Source of the DNA: a virus
IMG/VR virus record: IMGVR_UViG_3300021962_000060
Span: 1-64,000 of that record
Length of the DNA stretch: 64,000 bases
Direction: 5' to 3' (one strand)
Translations under genes and position numbers: made by a program
In this document: positions 25,761-35,384 of the stretch, piece after piece
How the letters are laid out: every line of letters starts with the position of its first letter
How positions within the stretch are numbered: position 1 is the first letter of the stretch
The notes under the pieces: generated by a model
The model's database searches: none
What the model was told of the DNA's origin: nothing
The model's input: only the letters and a program-made list of their open reading frames with translations

Positions 25761-26276
25761 TCACCAATCCTTGTCATCATAGGGAATTTGAATTTCATTG
25801 TTTGCTAATCTACGAAGCATATCGGCTGCATACTTAGGATGAATATTGCTATAAAAATTCATTCCATTGTCTTTCTCAAGACCATAATCAGAAGCATATT
25901 TATCCCAAACAGACCAGCCGTCAGGAACAAAAAGCCTTTGAGCTTCCCAACTTGTAAGACCAAGCCAGTCAGCCGCTTTACGCGAAACCTCGGCAAGACG
26001 CATAGCGTTTTTGTTTTCCGTAAAATATAGATAATCAGACTCAGAATAATTGTCATCAAGAATGTAAACTTCACCACCATTCATCAAACAAACAGCCCAA
26101 CCAGCAATACAACCAGCAGTATCACAAACATTCATGCTAATAACATCGCTAGGCATATACTCAATTTCACCACCATCATAACGCTCAATAAGACTAATCC
26201 ATTCAGCAATATTGAATCTTTCGGATTCAACATTTTCCAAAAAGTTAGCAAGCTTTGTCATATTTTCAATGTTCAT
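25761..26276 (-). CDS. Hypothetical protein, tandem paralog (CDTAGCxAGW)
   Basis: AAGGAG SD; ..HPKyaADML.R.. shared. Confidence 0.85.
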   Translation of the reverse strand: MNIENMTKLANFLENVESERFNIAEWISLIERYDGGEIEYMPSDVISMNVCDTAGCIAGWAVCLMNGGEVYILDDNYSESDYLYFTENKNAMRLAEVSRKAADWLGLTSWEAQRLFVPDGWSVWDKYASDYGLEKDNGMNFYSNIHPKYAADMLRRLANNEIQIPYDDKDW

Positions 26277-26285
26277 TTTTTCTCC

Positions 26286-26594
26286 TTATCTTCCGTGTCC
26301 ACAACCAATTTGACCACAAGAACCACAAAACTCATCTTCATCAATCAATGAAAGATCTTCTTCATCAATACGATAAACTTGATCATCACCAACCATTATG
26401 CAATCGTAAATTTCATCACACTCAATTATTTCAAGCTCATCACCACTACAATACGGACAATAACTCTCATAAGTAACAGGATCGTGATCAATAGAACAAC
26501 CATCAAGTTCTACTTTAGAATTTCCAATTACATAAAGAGCAATACCTTTGAAACTCTCTGCTCTAACATAATCACCAGCTTTAAACTTATTCAT
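26286..26594 (-). CDS. Cys-rich hypothetical protein
   Basis: CPYC; MVGDD; FCGSCGQIGCGH. Confidence 0.7.
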   Translation of the reverse strand: MNKFKAGDYVRAESFKGIALYVIGNSKVELDGCSIDHDPVTYESYCPYCSGDELEIIECDEIYDCIMVGDDQVYRIDEEDLSLIDEDEFCGSCGQIGCGHGR

Positions 26595-26802
26595 CAAACA
26601 CATCCAATTCATGAATTTTAATTTCCTTTTCAGGAACCCAACCAGTCCATTGTTTGCTAAGCAAAGATTTCAGAAACACTTCCCCAGGTCTATCATTTTT
26701 AGGAAAAGCCTGGATAAACCTAGGGCCATTGTTTCTAATTCTATTCCTTGTCCTTTTGCTTGCTGTAGCACCATTTATAGTAACAAGAACAAGCTTTTCC
26801 AT
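26587..26802 (-). CDS. Small basic protein
   Basis: Packed ORF. Confidence 0.6.
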   Translation of the reverse strand: MEKLVLVTINGATASKRTRNRIRNNGPRFIQAFPKNDRPGEVFLKSLLSKQWTGWVPEKEIKIHELDVFDE

Positions 26803-27035
26803 TAGTCACCACTCAAATCTGCTCTTACATTAAGATCTTTCAGTTGATCACGCCTAGTCCAAAAGTAGTTACTTTTATGAAGTAAGGCCGGCGTATAAAT
26901 CTTAAGAAAAGCCTGTCGAGCTTCGCTAAGACCTTTGTTCTGGCAACTGTCAGCCATACAATAATTCAAACCAATCTCAGCACGCTCATCTGAATAATCA
27001 CAGTTACAATAAATGCATTTAGCCATTACTCCCAA
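26802..27035 (-). CDS. C4 Zn-finger small protein
   Basis: CIYC...ER...YC...C; resembles the N-terminus of 4605-5234. Confidence 0.7.
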   Translation of the reverse strand: MGVMAKCIYCNCDYSDERAEIGLNYCMADSCQNKGLSEARQAFLKIYTPALLHKSNYFWTRRDQLKDLNVRADLSGD

Positions 27036-27226
27036 CTCTTTCTCTCAAAGTTGCCATCAAACGATTCAATAATCAAAGCAAGCATCTTGGCCATTGACTT
27101 AAACTTTTCTTTTTCCCAAAAATCAAGAGAAGCACTTGTGCTCCAATAATGGCAAGATTCATACTCACTTTTCAATTTGTTAAGAATTTGTTCTGCGGAA
27201 GCCATCACAGCCATTCTTTCATCCAA
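27026..27226 (-). CDS. Hypothetical protein
   Basis: Packed ORF. Confidence 0.55.
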   Translation of the reverse strand: MDERMAVMASAEQILNKLKSEYESCHYWSTSASLDFWEKEKFKSMAKMLALIIESFDGNFERKSWE

Positions 27227-27426
27227 GCAATATCTTCTTCCTTAATACCACGAACAAAATCTGAAACAAAAGACATATAGAATCTAAGTTCACTCACAGT
27301 AATAGTTCCATCATGAATTTGATTCAAAAGATAATTCAACTCTTTTGTAACAAAAGCAAGCTGCATCCTTTCGACCAAATCAAAACGAGAAGCATAATCT
27401 GTGTAGTTATTCACTGGCTTCATCAA
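27205..27426 (-). CDS. Hypothetical protein
   Basis: Packed ORF. Confidence 0.55.
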   Translation of the reverse strand: MMKPVNNYTDYASRFDLVERMQLAFVTKELNYLLNQIHDGTITVSELRFYMSFVSDFVRGIKEEDIAWMKEWL

Positions 27427-27608
27427 ACCCTCGCTTTTGGCTTGTCTTCATCATTAATCCAAACAGAATTCATGGTTTTCTCAAATGCTTCACTATGAGA
27501 ATGACCATTGTAAACTCTTTCCATATAATATTCACGACAAAAAGCTTTTGACCATCCAAGATTCATTAGTAAATTAATTGCATTTTCATAGTTTTCTTTT
27601 TTGGACAT
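27423..27608 (-). CDS. Small protein, tandem paralog of 27586-27822
   Basis: GWS..F..EY......G.S...AF.K.MNS shared. Confidence 0.7.
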   Translation of the reverse strand: MSKKENYENAINLLMNLGWSKAFCREYYMERVYNGHSHSEAFEKTMNSVWINDEDKPKARV

Positions 27609-27822
27609 TAGATTTATCTCCTTTTGGTTTTTTTGAATTAGGAATATAAGGTGAATTCATTGCTTTTTTGAAAGCTCTTTCACTAGAAAGACCATCAAAA
27701 CGCTTTGCGATAAAATACTCTATTGCGAATGGATAAGACCAACCAAACTTCACAACAAGTTCTTCGATTTCTTTTCTGTACAGTGGATTAGAAAGCATAA
27801 TCAATCTCCTACATACCACCAA
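27586..27822 (-). CDS. Small protein, tandem paralog of 27423-27608
   Basis: Same GWS...AFKKAMNS motif; true start probably about 27798. Confidence 0.7.
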   Translation of the reverse strand: MVVCRRLIMLSNPLYRKEIEELVVKFGWSYPFAIEYFIAKRFDGLSSERAFKKAMNSPYIPNSKKPKGDKSNVQKRKL

Positions 27823-27995
27823 AGATCGCCAAAGTATTCGGAAAGATTATTCCAATCTTCCTTTGTAATAATACCGGCAGCAACAGCACTTTGGCAATAA
27901 CTAGCTCTACTATTATAATTAAATGTATCAGGAACATTCACTCTTGCCCATTCAGCAGCAATATTGAATACTTCTTTCATTTTAGCTCTGTCCAT
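27801..27995 (-). CDS. Hypothetical protein (MDRAKM...)
   Basis: GGAG SD. Confidence 0.65.
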   Translation of the reverse strand: MDRAKMKEVFNIAAEWARVNVPDTFNYNSRASYCQSAVAAGIITKEDWNNLSEYFGDLWWYVGD

Positions 27996-27996
27996 T

Positions 27997-28473
27997 TCAG
28001 TTCTCCGTTTCTTTGTATTCTTCTTCCAAATTACAGGCAATACACATACACAAACCATCTTCCTCAATCCACAATTCATCATTTGGATATTCTTCATCAC
28101 AGAAGTAGCAGAAGAAAGTTTGAAATTCTTCTTCTGTATCTTCTTCACAATCCTCATTGTCAATGATTACAACATCTTCAACAACATCTTCATCTTCAAC
28201 ATCAGAGACATTGGTGAAAACCGACTCAAGAGCAATCTCATAAAGCCATCTACCCTCAAGATACTTATCGTAAGGATTCTCCTTGCCAGAACCCTTATTC
28301 CTTCTCTCCCACATACGATAAAGAGTAAGATAGTGTCGAGTCTCATCTTTACCGTCACACAAACGAAAAGCACCAATAACCCACCTATCTCTAGGCTTGC
28401 GATTGCGTCGAGTTGTCTGAACAGAATCAGAATCAATAATCACAAAGTCATCATTCACATCAGTCATAATCAC
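27997..28473 (-). CDS. Hypothetical protein: family-B-like N-terminal peptide, acidic tract, C-terminal Zn ribbon
   Basis: DDFVIIDSDSVQTTRRNRK; CYFC...CIAC. Confidence 0.7.
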   Translation of the reverse strand: MIMTDVNDDFVIIDSDSVQTTRRNRKPRDRWVIGAFRLCDGKDETRHYLTLYRMWERRNKGSGKENPYDKYLEGRWLYEIALESVFTNVSDVEDEDVVEDVVIIDNEDCEEDTEEEFQTFFCYFCDEEYPNDELWIEEDGLCMCIACNLEEEYKETEN

Positions 28474-28793
28474 TTGCCTTTCTGTACGGGGAAATAAGCA
28501 ACATTCTTGATAGTAGAACCAAAGAAAGAACCACCGTTATGATTATGCTTTGCCCTACGGCCGGCTCGCAGTTTCATAACATAATCAGTACCTTGAGGAT
28601 AATGAATCTTCTTCTTGATGTAATCAAACAAGGAGTTTGCCTCAACTCGTTTGCCAGAACTAAACACAAAGACGTAATAATCTTTGCCATCTTTGCTGAC
28701 GATTTCCCAAGACATAATGCGACCGTAATCAACACCATTTACATCATAGGAAATACCAACAATAGCATTACATTTATCTTCCATCTCAGACAT
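28470..28793 (-). CDS. Hypothetical protein
   Basis: AAGGGA SD. Confidence 0.7.
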   Translation of the reverse strand: MSEMEDKCNAIVGISYDVNGVDYGRIMSWEIVSKDGKDYYVFVFSSGKRVEANSLFDYIKKKIHYPQGTDYVMKLRAGRRAKHNHNGGSFFGSTIKNVAYFPVQKGK

Positions 28794-29023
28794 AACTGTT
28801 TCCCTTTCTATGATTTATCTTGCCCAATACCTGAACACTTGCGAGATAATACGCAGAGATAATACCAAACAAACACTTACAGAAATAGTAAGCAATACTC
28901 TCGCATTTGACTCGCCCATTGCTTTCCACAAATACGAGACTATCATAGGGACAAACCCAGGGAAAACTGAACAGTAATTTTGTTTTTTGGCGAGAAAAGA
29001 TTTGCACAAACGCAAGGAAATGC

Positions 29024-29140
29024 GTCGAGACCGGCCCTCTAACGTTAGAGGGGTTCTAACGTTACAGATGCTCTAACGTTACAGAGGAAATACATCAAAG
29101 ATAGGGCCGGCTTTTAGAAAGAACAAGCTCGAGATTTTAC
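29024..29140. repeat. Isolated remnant of the array spacer module
   Basis: CTAACGTTA(G/C) at 29039, 29056, 29073 (17-bp spacing), preceded by TCGAGACCGGCCCT; GCTCGAGATTTTA downstream. Confidence 0.85.
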
Positions 29141-29227
29141 ATCGTCTTGGTATGTAAAACATAAGGTAATGAACACCACGCATTCTTTTACTCAATTCAT
29201 ACAAAAATTGAGTATGCGGCAGAGCGA

Positions 29228-30097
29228 CTATTTTTTCTTCTTAGAATTTTTGGATTTTGAAACTGAATTGACTGGATTACCATCATCATCAAGCACAGTT
29301 GCGTTATCGACAATCCAATCAATAAGCCGGCCCTTATACTCAAACCGACCTAGGTGAGTTAACTCAATAGAAGGATCCACCCAAACCTCTCCGCCAATCT
29401 TCTGCCAATACCTTCCAAATCCATAGTCCTCAGACAAGAATCTTCCATCTTCATCGACATAACTATTGAACAGAGCATAAGAATAATCTCTTTCTGGACC
29501 CTTTAATGCACCAGTATCATCAACATACTTTAACTCAGGATAGGCTTCAAACAACTTCTCAAAAGCAGAACGCTTGATCAACATAAATCCTGTGCCGGCA
29601 TCATAAATGGAAAGAGCACCATTTTCCATTCTAATCTTATTGTCGCCCTTAGTCGCAGGATTGACCACAAATCTTGTGCTCTTTTCGGCAATCTTATCTT
29701 TGTCAAAATCATTTTTAGCTAGATGGACGACTTTATCCCACAAAATTTCTTTGATCGGATAAGCACCTGTCATAATTTCTTTATCATGCCATAGCATCTT
29801 GAGAATATCTTCATAATTGTAACCAAGATCAACATCAATGAAAAGAAGATGCGTAAACATTGGATTAGCCATAAACTTAGCAACTAATTGATTTCGCGCT
29901 CTAGAGATTAGAGAATCACTAATAGTGCTAATACCAAACTTCATACCGTATTCCTTAAAAGCCATAGCTGCCTTTATGGTGGACATAAAAAAAGGCTCAG
30001 TGATTTGCCTATCATAACAAGGAAGGCAAATAAGAGGATGCCAAGATTGAATTTGATCGGCAGAAATTTCAATATTTTGTTCGGTGGTTTCAAGCAT
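29228..30097 (-). CDS. GT-A fold glycosyltransferase-like protein
   Basis: LISRARN, LLFIDVD (DxD), GTGFMLIKR, LSEDYGF, LTHLG; leaderless after TGGTATACT. Confidence 0.8.
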   Translation of the reverse strand: MLETTEQNIEISADQIQSWHPLICLPCYDRQITEPFFMSTIKAAMAFKEYGMKFGISTISDSLISRARNQLVAKFMANPMFTHLLFIDVDLGYNYEDILKMLWHDKEIMTGAYPIKEILWDKVVHLAKNDFDKDKIAEKSTRFVVNPATKGDNKIRMENGALSIYDAGTGFMLIKRSAFEKLFEAYPELKYVDDTGALKGPERDYSYALFNSYVDEDGRFLSEDYGFGRYWQKIGGEVWVDPSIELTHLGRFEYKGRLIDWIVDNATVLDDDGNPVNSVSKSKNSKKKK

Positions 30098-30112
30098 GAA
30101 ACAAGTATACCA

Positions 30113-30155
30113 AAACAAAAAACCCTACGGTGTGAAACCGTAGGGTTTTTTGTTT
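30113..30155. terminator. Bidirectional intrinsic terminator
   Basis: AAACAAAAAACCCTACGG-TGTGAAA-CCGTAGGGTTTTTTGTTT. Confidence 0.9.
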
Positions 30156-30172
30156 GATTATTTTAATGAAGA

Positions 30173-30529
30173 TTACTTGCTGGAAGCCTTAGCATTGCTA
30201 GTCTTGATCGCCTTGATATCAGAAGTCTTTACTTCGGTAGTAGTGTTACGCTCAACACTATCAGCACCCATACGAGTAGCCTTGAAGTAGAGTTTCTGCT
30301 CAGTAGCATCAAAACGAATAATAACCTTGTAATTCAACTTCTTAGCCTGTGCGCGAATACGCTGTTGCATTGAATTATAAGCCTTACCAGGCTGAACGCC
30401 AGACAAAGCAAAACGCTCTCCGTTATTAGCAGACTCAGTTAAAGCGCTAATAATTGCCTGAAGTTCTTCACTAACACGACCGGAACGAGTAAGTTCGGGG
30501 AAAGTGTCCACTTTGCTCAGATTAATCAT
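30173..30529 (-). CDS. Small basic protein, possible distant family B homolog or nucleoid-type protein
   Basis: AAGGAG SD, own promoter (TATAGT) and terminator; RSGR...ALT..NGERF...QRIRAQAK...IRF. Confidence 0.75.
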   Translation of the reverse strand: MINLSKVDTFPELTRSGRVSEELQAIISALTESANNGERFALSGVQPGKAYNSMQQRIRAQAKKLNYKVIIRFDATEQKLYFKATRMGADSVERNTTTEVKTSDIKAIKTSNAKASSK

Positions 30530-30639
30530 TTGTATTCTCCTTGATAGTGGGCGGTTGCCCTTGACGGAAAACACTATACACGCCCCATAGGGCAGGCGTT
30601 GCGAAAAGGCAAGAAATGTTATTTCTCTCGAAAAGAAAT

Positions 30640-30843
30640 TTAATTCTTGGTCTTATTCCTCGTCAAGGGCGTATCGGGAGGAGTAGAGAAATCGTCGGTA
30701 TTACCAGATGCAATCTTCTCCAATTTTGTGATATAAATCCTTGCAACAGCCAGTTCAAAATTCAAAGTAGCTATTTGATTATTAAGCACAGAAATAATCT
30801 CACTAGGCTCGATCTCTATATTGCTCATATTGATTCTATCCAT
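30640..30843 (-). CDS. Small coiled-coil protein
   Basis: Overlaps terminase stop. Confidence 0.6.
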   Translation of the reverse strand: MDRINMSNIEIEPSEIISVLNNQIATLNFELAVARIYITKLEKIASGNTDDFSTPPDTPLTRNKTKN

Positions 30844-32567
30844 TTCTCATTATTAATATAGTCAACATTGTGTTGACCATACCCTGGTGTAAACTCACCA
30901 AGATCTCTATTGTACACCTTTACAGTGCCAAAATCTTCCATTTCCTCTTCATAATCCCATACTTTGTCAGGTGTCAATATTTCAATATCAACTTCTGTAT
31001 CGTAGGCCATATTTTGAATACAATTAAATACAGCGCCGGCTAATGCATCTGCTAAGTCTTTAGAACCACTACTTGGGTGATCTATCTTGTTATTATTAAA
31101 CAACCTTAACTTCAAGAGCTCTTCTTCAACAAGAAGTTCATTCCAATATCCGCGAAGTCGAGTATCGTATATTGAAGTCATAAGAGTATCATAATCTGAC
31201 TTTTTAACAGAATGGAAGTCGGCATTAATACCTTGAGATCTTAATGATTGAATCATTTCTACAGACTGCCATCTATCAAAAGTTACTAATCCAACTTGAA
31301 ATTTACGACAAAGATCAACAACCATCTGTCTTACAGAAGCAAAGTTAATTTCCGCACCAACACTTGCTTCCCAAGAATGAACTAGATCAACATTAACCAC
31401 AGGTAGTGTTTCAACACCCATAGAAGTTTTAACTTCTTTAAAGCCGGCCCCATGAGCCATGCATAAAGCAGCCCTATCTCGTTTTAAACCCAAGTCAATA
31501 TGTATAAACCTTGTGTGACCGTCAGTACCATTAAACCACTTCTTAAAGTTGCCATCCTCTTCATCAATAGGATCCTCACCATAAGTAAAAGCTTTTCTAA
31601 CAAGATCAGCATCTCTAAAATATGCGTCTTCCATATTCGGCGGTTCACACTCAAAACGCGCTCTTGCCTCAATAGGATTTCTAATAAACTCAGACTCAAG
31701 ATCACTACGCTTAATCGTAGGATTAACTTCCCAAGTTGCAGCTTTGATAAACCAAGTTTTTGGTTCTTTATTCTTCTCAGCACCAAAATATCTTTGCTGA
31801 ATAAAGTCACCTTTGTACCGAGGGAAAGACAATAGAATTACCTTACCAACTTCTGGGAAACGTGACATTACAGATAATTTACTCATGTTATAAATAGCAG
31901 AAGCGGAGCCTTTAGATCTTGTTTCTCCACGTAATTCAGCATCAGTTTTGAAAGCAGAAATTTCGTCTAAAATCACAGACATAACCTCATAACCTTCCCA
32001 TCCTTCACTTTCAGAGTGACCAGAGAAACACCTTACAGGTCTAGAGAAGAAAAAGATTTCCGATACTCTTGGCTCAAATCCAACTTCATTGAAGAAAGGT
32101 GAAGATAGCAAAAGATTTTTTAAAGGCTCAAAGAAAACTCTCTGAGCTTGCTGAGCGTTCACTGCAAGGTTTAATAGATCTATATACACACCAGTAGCTT
32201 TGCCGTAATAAGCCAATGGATCCCTTAAGCAGTGTAACAAATATGCTGTATAAGCAATAGAGATTCTGGCACAGTGATCCTTACCGGATCCCTTTCCAAG
32301 CATGCATATAACCTCATTGTCAGTATATTTGTTATACCACTCTTCACCGGCCTGTTCACCCATAATCTTTTGTAACGTATGTTTTTTTAAAATTTGTGTG
32401 GAATGGCGCACAATTTCCAATTGGATGGGCGATAATGGTGGTAGCCCAAGGTATTTTTTGTCTTGCACAAAAACTTCAATAGGAACAGGTTCTGTGGACA
32501 ATTCATCTTGCTTTAATAATCTATCAAAATCTTTAAACTCAAGATTCATTCCAATAAAATCTGACAT
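30825..32567 (-). CDS. terL: Terminase large subunit
   Basis: Walker A GKGSGKD, Walker B VILDE, nuclease HIDLG...TFDRWQS...KDLADALAG. Confidence 0.93.
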   Translation of the reverse strand: MSDFIGMNLEFKDFDRLLKQDELSTEPVPIEVFVQDKKYLGLPPLSPIQLEIVRHSTQILKKHTLQKIMGEQAGEEWYNKYTDNEVICMLGKGSGKDHCARISIAYTAYLLHCLRDPLAYYGKATGVYIDLLNLAVNAQQAQRVFFEPLKNLLLSSPFFNEVGFEPRVSEIFFFSRPVRCFSGHSESEGWEGYEVMSVILDEISAFKTDAELRGETRSKGSASAIYNMSKLSVMSRFPEVGKVILLSFPRYKGDFIQQRYFGAEKNKEPKTWFIKAATWEVNPTIKRSDLESEFIRNPIEARARFECEPPNMEDAYFRDADLVRKAFTYGEDPIDEEDGNFKKWFNGTDGHTRFIHIDLGLKRDRAALCMAHGAGFKEVKTSMGVETLPVVNVDLVHSWEASVGAEINFASVRQMVVDLCRKFQVGLVTFDRWQSVEMIQSLRSQGINADFHSVKKSDYDTLMTSIYDTRLRGYWNELLVEEELLKLRLFNNNKIDHPSSGSKDLADALAGAVFNCIQNMAYDTEVDIEILTPDKVWDYEEEMEDFGTVKVYNRDLGEFTPGYGQHNVDYINNEKWIESI

Positions 32568-32600
32568 TATAAACCATCTCCTATACGCAACATGATTCCT

Positions 32601-32676
32601 CTGACTTTATGTGAGCTAATTTTTGAGTCCGAATGAATGACTTTATGAGAGCTCAATTTTACGTCCGAATGAATCA
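32601..32676. repeat. Tandem 36-bp repeat in terminase intergenic region
   Basis: TGACTTTATG(T/A)GAGCT..TTTT...GTCCGAATGAAT twice; shares GACTTTATGAG..CT with array spacers. Confidence 0.85.
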
Positions 32677-32683
32677 TTTTTTA

Positions 32684-33298
32684 CTATTCAACAATTTCTG
32701 CATCGTCAATGTCGGTAGTATTATAAGTATCTGGATCAGACGCTGATTCAGCGTTACCGTTCATTATTTCAAATGCGAGAGCAAGTTCTTTTCTAACTTC
32801 TTCAGCAATTTCTGGATATTTTGATATAACATCTCTCAAAATTTTTGAGAGAATTTGATTGACACTCTCTGCTTTTTGCATTCGTGCAATGTAGTCACTG
32901 TCAGTAGAATTTCCTCCACTAATCAATTTATGGAGTTGAGCCTTTTTGCCGGCAATATCTGACGCAAGTTTTAAAGCCTGGATTCTAACAGCAACCATGC
33001 CATGATCAGTAGCGATATTAACAGTCTCCCAGGCTTCTTTGCTTATTTGATCAAATTCCTGCAGCGCTTTGATAGTATTAAACTGTATTTTTTCTAGGAA
33101 GTAAGGATCTTCATCAGCCTTTTTTTGCAAGAAATTTTTATACTGTTGAACATACTCTTTTGCCTTAGTGGAAGATACAGATAAAAGAGATCCTATCTCG
33201 CTGTAAGAGTAGCCTTTAATATGCAGAATACCAGCATCCTCTATATCTTTAAGTTCAGATAAAATATCTTTACTGTTTGACTTTTCTATTTCAGTCAT
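32684..33298 (-). CDS. HTH protein, probable terminase small subunit
   Basis: N-terminal HTH (KGYSYSEIGSLLSVS), helical body, acidic tail, directly upstream of terL. Confidence 0.6.
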   Translation of the reverse strand: MTEIEKSNSKDILSELKDIEDAGILHIKGYSYSEIGSLLSVSSTKAKEYVQQYKNFLQKKADEDPYFLEKIQFNTIKALQEFDQISKEAWETVNIATDHGMVAVRIQALKLASDIAGKKAQLHKLISGGNSTDSDYIARMQKAESVNQILSKILRDVISKYPEIAEEVRKELALAFEIMNGNAESASDPDTYNTTDIDDAEIVE

Positions 33299-34347
33299 AC
33301 AAGTTCCATCAACCTCTGTTTATAAGGTAAGACAACATTATCCCAAGAATAACGGTTATGAATGTAATGCGACCCATGTTTTGTCTTTTCTAATATCATG
33401 TCATAATTATTAATGACATATAACATTTTATCACAAACATCATCAATTTTTGGGTCAGCCCAGTCACCATTTTCATAAATTCCAAACTGGTAAGCACTTG
33501 ACATATCAGCCTCCAGAGGCACGGAGAGGTACGCAAATTCGCTACAGGCTGTTCTATTTGTACAGATGGTCGGTAGCCCCGTAGCAATTGATTGAAAAGG
33601 AGCCATGCCCCACCCTTCACCTCTGGTTGGGTACACCATACAATGACACCTATTAAACAAAGCAGCAAGTTCTTCGTCTGTTAGATAGTAATCAATGATT
33701 TCAATATTAGAGATATCATAAAGACCACCTATATTTTGACCGTCAACAATGACTCTAGCATCAGGCTGACCATTGCTTTTTAAAACTAACTTATAATTAG
33801 GATTATCTTTAAAAAGTCTAAGAAATGCATTAACAACAAGTTGCGTATTTTTTCTTGTAGACGGGCTGCCTACATGAATAAAGGTAAATGGGCCAACACA
33901 GTTTGAGCGATTAAAATAAGAAAAAACATTTGTATCAACACCAAGATCAAAACCATACACAGGAACACTTACACCACTATTTAAAAATACATCAACAGCC
34001 CAAGACGATGTAGTCCACACCTCATCACACAAATTTATTCTTTCAACCCAGTCAGGCGGCAACATTGTTGTTTCCCAGTATGTAAAACCTATAGTGTAAT
34101 CTTGATCATATGAGTAATCTGTTGGAAGACAATTATTCACCACAATATCAATATTCTCTGGTTGGGGAATAAGACGTATCCCATCAATTTCTGAGATAGA
34201 AATGCTATATGTATCGCTACAAGAAATATCCTCAAGACTTAGAACATTCATAGATCTAAGCCTTGAGGATATATTCATAGACGCATAGGAATAACCGTCA
34301 GCCTTCGCTTTCGTCAGTGTTCTCCAATATACGCTCTTCATTCTCAA
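33295..34347 (-). CDS. GT-B (GT4) glycosyltransferase
   Basis: YWET, RKN, YPTRGEGWGMAPFQSIATGLP. Confidence 0.88.
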   Translation of the reverse strand: MRMKSVYWRTLTKAKADGYSYASMNISSRLRSMNVLSLEDISCSDTYSISISEIDGIRLIPQPENIDIVVNNCLPTDYSYDQDYTIGFTYWETTMLPPDWVERINLCDEVWTTSSWAVDVFLNSGVSVPVYGFDLGVDTNVFSYFNRSNCVGPFTFIHVGSPSTRKNTQLVVNAFLRLFKDNPNYKLVLKSNGQPDARVIVDGQNIGGLYDISNIEIIDYYLTDEELAALFNRCHCMVYPTRGEGWGMAPFQSIATGLPTICTNRTACSEFAYLSVPLEADMSSAYQFGIYENGDWADPKIDDVCDKMLYVINNYDMILEKTKHGSHYIHNRYSWDNVVLPYKQRLMELV

Positions 34348-34472
34348 TTACCTTATAAAGCTTCACATTGCCAAGATCCGCAATCAGAACCTCTTCCTGT
34401 TCCACTTTCTCAATTTTAACAGACATACTACCTCCTTTCTTCAATAAAATTAAAAGATATAGTAATACTTAG

Positions 34473-35381
34473 TCAGTCTTCAGTTGAATTACTAAATTCG
34501 CAAGTTGAGCATAAATCTCCAACTTGTAAATTCGCTTTATGCTTTATATTTTTCTCACTGCCCCATCCCCACTTTTTTCTTTCATCGGGTATGGAATTAT
34601 TACATTTAACTTTTTCTTCTAAAGTGTTTAAATATTCAACAAAATCTGGGAAGAAGAATTGCAATTGGTCTTTTTCTCCACGCTTAGCAAATGAACCACA
34701 CAAGCACTCACCAGACATATGAATCATATCAGAAACGGGATTCCTAGGGATATCTTTATTAATTTTTCTATACAAATTAATATCGGCTTTTGTCCAATTG
34801 ACAATCGGAGAAATCCATACAACAGATCTATTACGAACAAAAACAGGAGAGTCTTTTCTACGGGAAGACTCATCTCTTCTTTTACCACTTAAAAACACAA
34901 TTCTTTGCTTTTTTGGTATATTATTTTCTTTAACAGCTTTTCTTAAAGCCCTTTCTTTAAGTCTTTGATACATTACAAAATGTTGACTTGGGCCAGGAAA
35001 TCCATTTTCAATTATTAAATTTTCATAACTGTCTTTATCATCAGACATATATGTTTTTAAAGGAATATTGAAATTTAAACAAGTATTTTTTACATAATCA
35101 TACGTTTGAGAAATACCAATCCCTGTGTTTACATGAATTGCAAAATTTGCTATATCTTTGAATAAATAAAACAATACAGTCGAATCATTACCGCCAGAAA
35201 ATAAAATGCATGTATTTGACAATTCTTTTTTATCATCTAAGATATGACATTGAACTCCAAGATTGTATATCTCATAAGCTTCTTGAATCAATAAATTCAA
35301 TCTTAATAAAGCATCATCATCACTTAAAAGTAAGACTTCTTTATTAGTCATTTTTAAGTTTTGAAACTTGTCTAAGTCCAT
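34473..35381 (-). CDS. PAPS-reductase/PP-loop family protein
   Basis: FSGGNDS PP-loop, LKERAL, GKRRDESSRR, SPIVNW, SGECLCG. Confidence 0.85.
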   Translation of the reverse strand: MDLDKFQNLKMTNKEVLLLSDDDALLRLNLLIQEAYEIYNLGVQCHILDDKKELSNTCILFSGGNDSTVLFYLFKDIANFAIHVNTGIGISQTYDYVKNTCLNFNIPLKTYMSDDKDSYENLIIENGFPGPSQHFVMYQRLKERALRKAVKENNIPKKQRIVFLSGKRRDESSRRKDSPVFVRNRSVVWISPIVNWTKADINLYRKINKDIPRNPVSDMIHMSGECLCGSFAKRGEKDQLQFFFPDFVEYLNTLEEKVKCNNSIPDERKKWGWGSEKNIKHKANLQVGDLCSTCEFSNSTED

Positions 35382-35384
35382 AAA

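Noticed and set aside
28786-29015. ORFs 28786-29007 and 28815-29015
   Set aside because: Two competing frames with TTG starts in a probable promoter/leader region; neither is supported.
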